This document shows positions 60,708-64,000 of a stretch of 64,000 nt of DNA, one piece after another. Below the pieces are notes generated by a model. It was given only the letters and a program-made list of their open reading frames with translations. It made no database searches and was not told where the DNA came from. Each line of letters opens with the position of its first letter. The stretch's first letter is position 1. Source of the stretch: Octopus sinensis (Eukaryota); contig NC_043024.1 in assembly GCF_006345805.1 (NCBI RefSeq), positions 8,990,001 to 9,054,000 of the forward strand. The letters are read 5' to 3'. The position numbers and the translations under genes are program-made.

Positions 60708-63392
60708 AAACATTTTTTCACGCTGAGAGTTGCTGAAGCATGGAACAAACTGCTGGCATCAGTTGTTAGTTGTCGGAGTACTGCATCCTTCAAAACTTCC
60801 ATGCTTCCTGACATTCGCCAACACTACACCTGATTTTCTCCCCTCCATACACACACAAGCATGTATCTGACTCATACACTGTTCACTTCCCAGACATTTG
60901 TACATTACTGCATATGCTTTATACACACTTTCTGACAAGTTGTGGTGCACCTGAGCACTATATACAATAACTTCATTATTATTATTAATATAATTAAATT
61001 TTCTTTCAGAAACATTTTTTCATGCTAAGAGTTGCTGAAGTATGGAACAGACTGCCGGCATCAGTTGTTAGTTGTTGGAGCACTGCATCCTTCAAAACTT
61101 CCATGCTTCCTGACACTCGCCAACACTACACCTGATTTTCTCTCCTCCATACACACACAAGCATGTATCTGACTCATGCACTGTTCGCTTTCCAGACATT
61201 TGTACATTACTGCATATGCACTTTTGACAAGTTGTGGTGCACCTGAGCACTGTATACAATAATTTCATTATTATTATTATTATTATTAAAATAATTAAAT
61301 TTTCTTTCGGAAACATTTTTTCACGCTAAGAGTTGCTGAAGTATGGAACAGACTGCCGGCATCAGTTGTTAGTTGTTGGAGCACTGCATCCTTCAAAACT
61401 TCCATGCTTCCTGACACTCGCCAACACTACGCCTGATTTTCTCCCCTCCAGACACACGCAAGCATGTATCTGACTCATACACTGTTCACTTCCCAGACAT
61501 TTGTACATTACTGCATATGCTTTATACACACTTTCTGAGAAGTTGTAGTGCACCTGAGCACTATATACAATAACTTCATTATTATTATTAAAATAATTAA
61601 ATTTTCTTTCAGAAACATTTTTTCACGCTAAGAGTTGCTGAAGTATGGAACAGACTGCCGGCATCAGTTGTTAGTTGTTGGAGCACTGCATCCTTCAAAA
61701 CTTCCATGCTTCCTGACACTCGCCAACACTACGCCTGATTTTCTCCCCTCCATACACACGCAAGCATGTATCTGACTCATACACTGTTCACTTCCCAGAC
61801 ATTTGTACATTACTGCATATGCTTTATACACACTTTCTGAGAAGTTGTAGTGCACCTGAGCACTATATACAATAACTTCATTATTATTATTAAAATAATT
61901 AAATTTTCTTTCAGAAACATTTTTTCACGCTAAGAGTTGCTGAAGTATGGAACAGACTGCCGGCATCAGTTGTTAGTTGTTGGAGCACTGCATCCTTCAA
62001 AACTTCCATGCTTCCTGACACTCGCCAACACTACGCCTGATTTTCTCCCCTCCATACACACGCAAGCATGTATCTGACTCATACACTGTTCACTTCCCAG
62101 ACATTTGTACATTACTGCATATGCTTTATACACACTTTCTGAGAAGTTGTAGTGCACCTGAGCACTATATACAATAACTTCATTATTATTATTAAAATAA
62201 TTAAATTTTCTTTCAGAAACATTTTTTCACGCTGAGAGTTGCTGAAGTATGGAACAGACTGCCGGCATCAGTTGTTAGTTGTGGAGCACTGCATCCTTCA
62301 AAACTTCCATGCTTCCTGACACTCGCCAACACTACGCCTGATTTTCTCCCCTCCAGACACACGCAAGCATGTATCTGACTCATACACTGTTCACTTCCCA
62401 GACATTTGTACATTACTGCATATGCTTTATACACACTTTCTGAGAAGTTGTAGTGCACCTGAGCACTATATACAATAACTTCATTATTATTATTAAAATA
62501 ATTAAATTTTCTTTCAGAAACATTTTTTCACGCTAAGAGTTGCTGAAGTATGGAACAGACTGCCGGCATCAGTTGTTAGTTGTTGGAGCACTGCATCCTT
62601 CAAAACTTCCATGCTTCCTGACACTCGCCAACACTACGCCTGATTTTCTCCCCTCCATACACACGCAAGCATGTATCTGACTCATACACTGTTCACTTCC
62701 CAGACATTTGTACATTACTGCATATGCTTTATACACACTTTCTGAGAAGTTGTAGTGCACCTGAGCACTATATACAATAACTTCATTATTATTATTAAAA
62801 TAATTAAATTTTCTTTCAGAAACATTTTTTCACGCTAAGAGTTGCTGAAGTATGGAACAGACTGCCGGCATCAGTTGTTAGTTGTTGGAGCACTGCATCC
62901 TTCAAAACTTCCATGCTTCCTGACACTCGCCAACACTACGCCTGATTTTCTCCCCTCCAGACACACGCAAGCATGTATCTGACTCATACACTGTTCACTT
63001 CCCAGACATTTGTACATTACTGCATATGCTTTATATGCACTTTCTGACAAGTTGTGGTGCACCTGAGCACTGTATACAATAATTTCATTATTATTATTAT
63101 TATTAAAATAATTAAATTTTCTTTCGGAAACATTTTTTCACGCTAAGAGTTGCTGAAGTATGGAACAGACTGCCGGCATCAGTTGTTAGTTGTTGGAGCA
63201 CTGCATCCTTCAAAACTTCCATGCTTCCTGAGATTCACCAACACTACACCTGATTTTCTCCCCACCATACACACATAAGCATGTATCTGACTCATACACT
63301 GTTCACTTCCCAGACATTTGTACATTACTGCATATGCTTTATACACACTTTCTGACAAGTTGTAGTGCACCTGAGCACTGTATACAATAATT

Positions 63393-63426
<34 letters not shown>
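60708..63426 (+). repeat. Tandem array of 9 x ~302-bp units derived from a CR1/L2 LINE 3' end
   Basis: Unit starts (AAACATTTTTTCA) at 60708, 61010, 61311, 61613, 61915, 62217, 62518, 62820 and 63128. Each ends in (ATT)n plus AAAATAATTAAATTTTCTTTC. Confidence 0.95.
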
Positions 63427-63428
<2 letters not shown>

Positions 63429-64000
63429 GGCTATGGAAAACTTATTAAACAAAAGAGACATTGAAACTATTGAAAACCCAAGATTCCTGACAGGCAGGGC
63501 TGGATTTATGGGGTTTCGAAGGGGGCAAAATGCCTCAGGCCCCAATCGATATCAAGGGCACTGTTATGAAGGGTATGGAGCTCTCAATACAGGGAGGCCA
63601 CACAACCCAACAATCTTTATGCAGATGCTCTCGTTTGATATACAAACACATCGTTAAAATGTCATGGATCCTCATTTTATTTAAATAACCAGTTTTAATT
63701 TCATTAGTGGCACCAATTTATTCAATTGAAAAACAGTTGCTACCCACTCCCAAAGCAGCAACATTTTCCTGTGGGAATTAATTTTTGCTACTTTTGGGAA
63801 AATGATAGAAAAATGGGAAGAAAAAAAACACTCCAAAACATGTATAAATGTTTGTATATTTGCATGTGTATGTGTGTACGAGCCTTTCCTTTATCTCCGT
63901 TTACATATACACGTCTTTTGTATACCAAACCCAGACTGTTAAATTTGTTTATCTGCATATTTACTTTTATGTACGTATGTATTAACATATGTATGTATCT

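Overview
AT-rich, microsatellite-dense eukaryotic DNA. The SINE/LINE content looks like an octopus (coleoid cephalopod) genome; this is inferred from repeat families, not verified. The dominant structure is a giant, almost spacer-free inverted duplication. Positions 1-~25,836 mirror ~25,841-~45,200 around an apex near 25,838, so the palindrome spans at least 45 kb and may continue past the window start. Each arm carries one copy of a single-exon ~5.3 kb ORF (7681-13059 on +, 32939-38254 on -), and the two copies point towards the apex. The encoded ~1,770-aa protein has a basic, disordered N-terminus followed by about six tandem, diverged NHL/TolB-like beta-propeller units. Each gene copy is tightly bracketed by two same-orientation, internally deleted mariner elements: one ends 49 bp before the ATG, the other starts 15 bp after the stop. 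Arm-to-arm identity is close to 100% over most of the gene and the upstream mariner, but clearly lower elsewhere, with many arm-specific insertions. This suggests gene conversion, with two divergent patches left inside the CDS. The + copy has a 1-bp deletion near its C-terminus. The rest is nested transposon debris: tRNA-derived SINEs, RTE LINEs with a PHD-type finger inside the RT region, CR1/L2-type and R4-like LINE fragments, a fragmented Gypsy gag-pol, Helitron-like elements, Penelope-like pieces with hammerhead-ribozyme-like motifs, a 9 x ~302 bp array built from a LINE 3' end, and a 100-N gap flanked by a probable false duplication. All identities and domain calls were made by eye, without tools.
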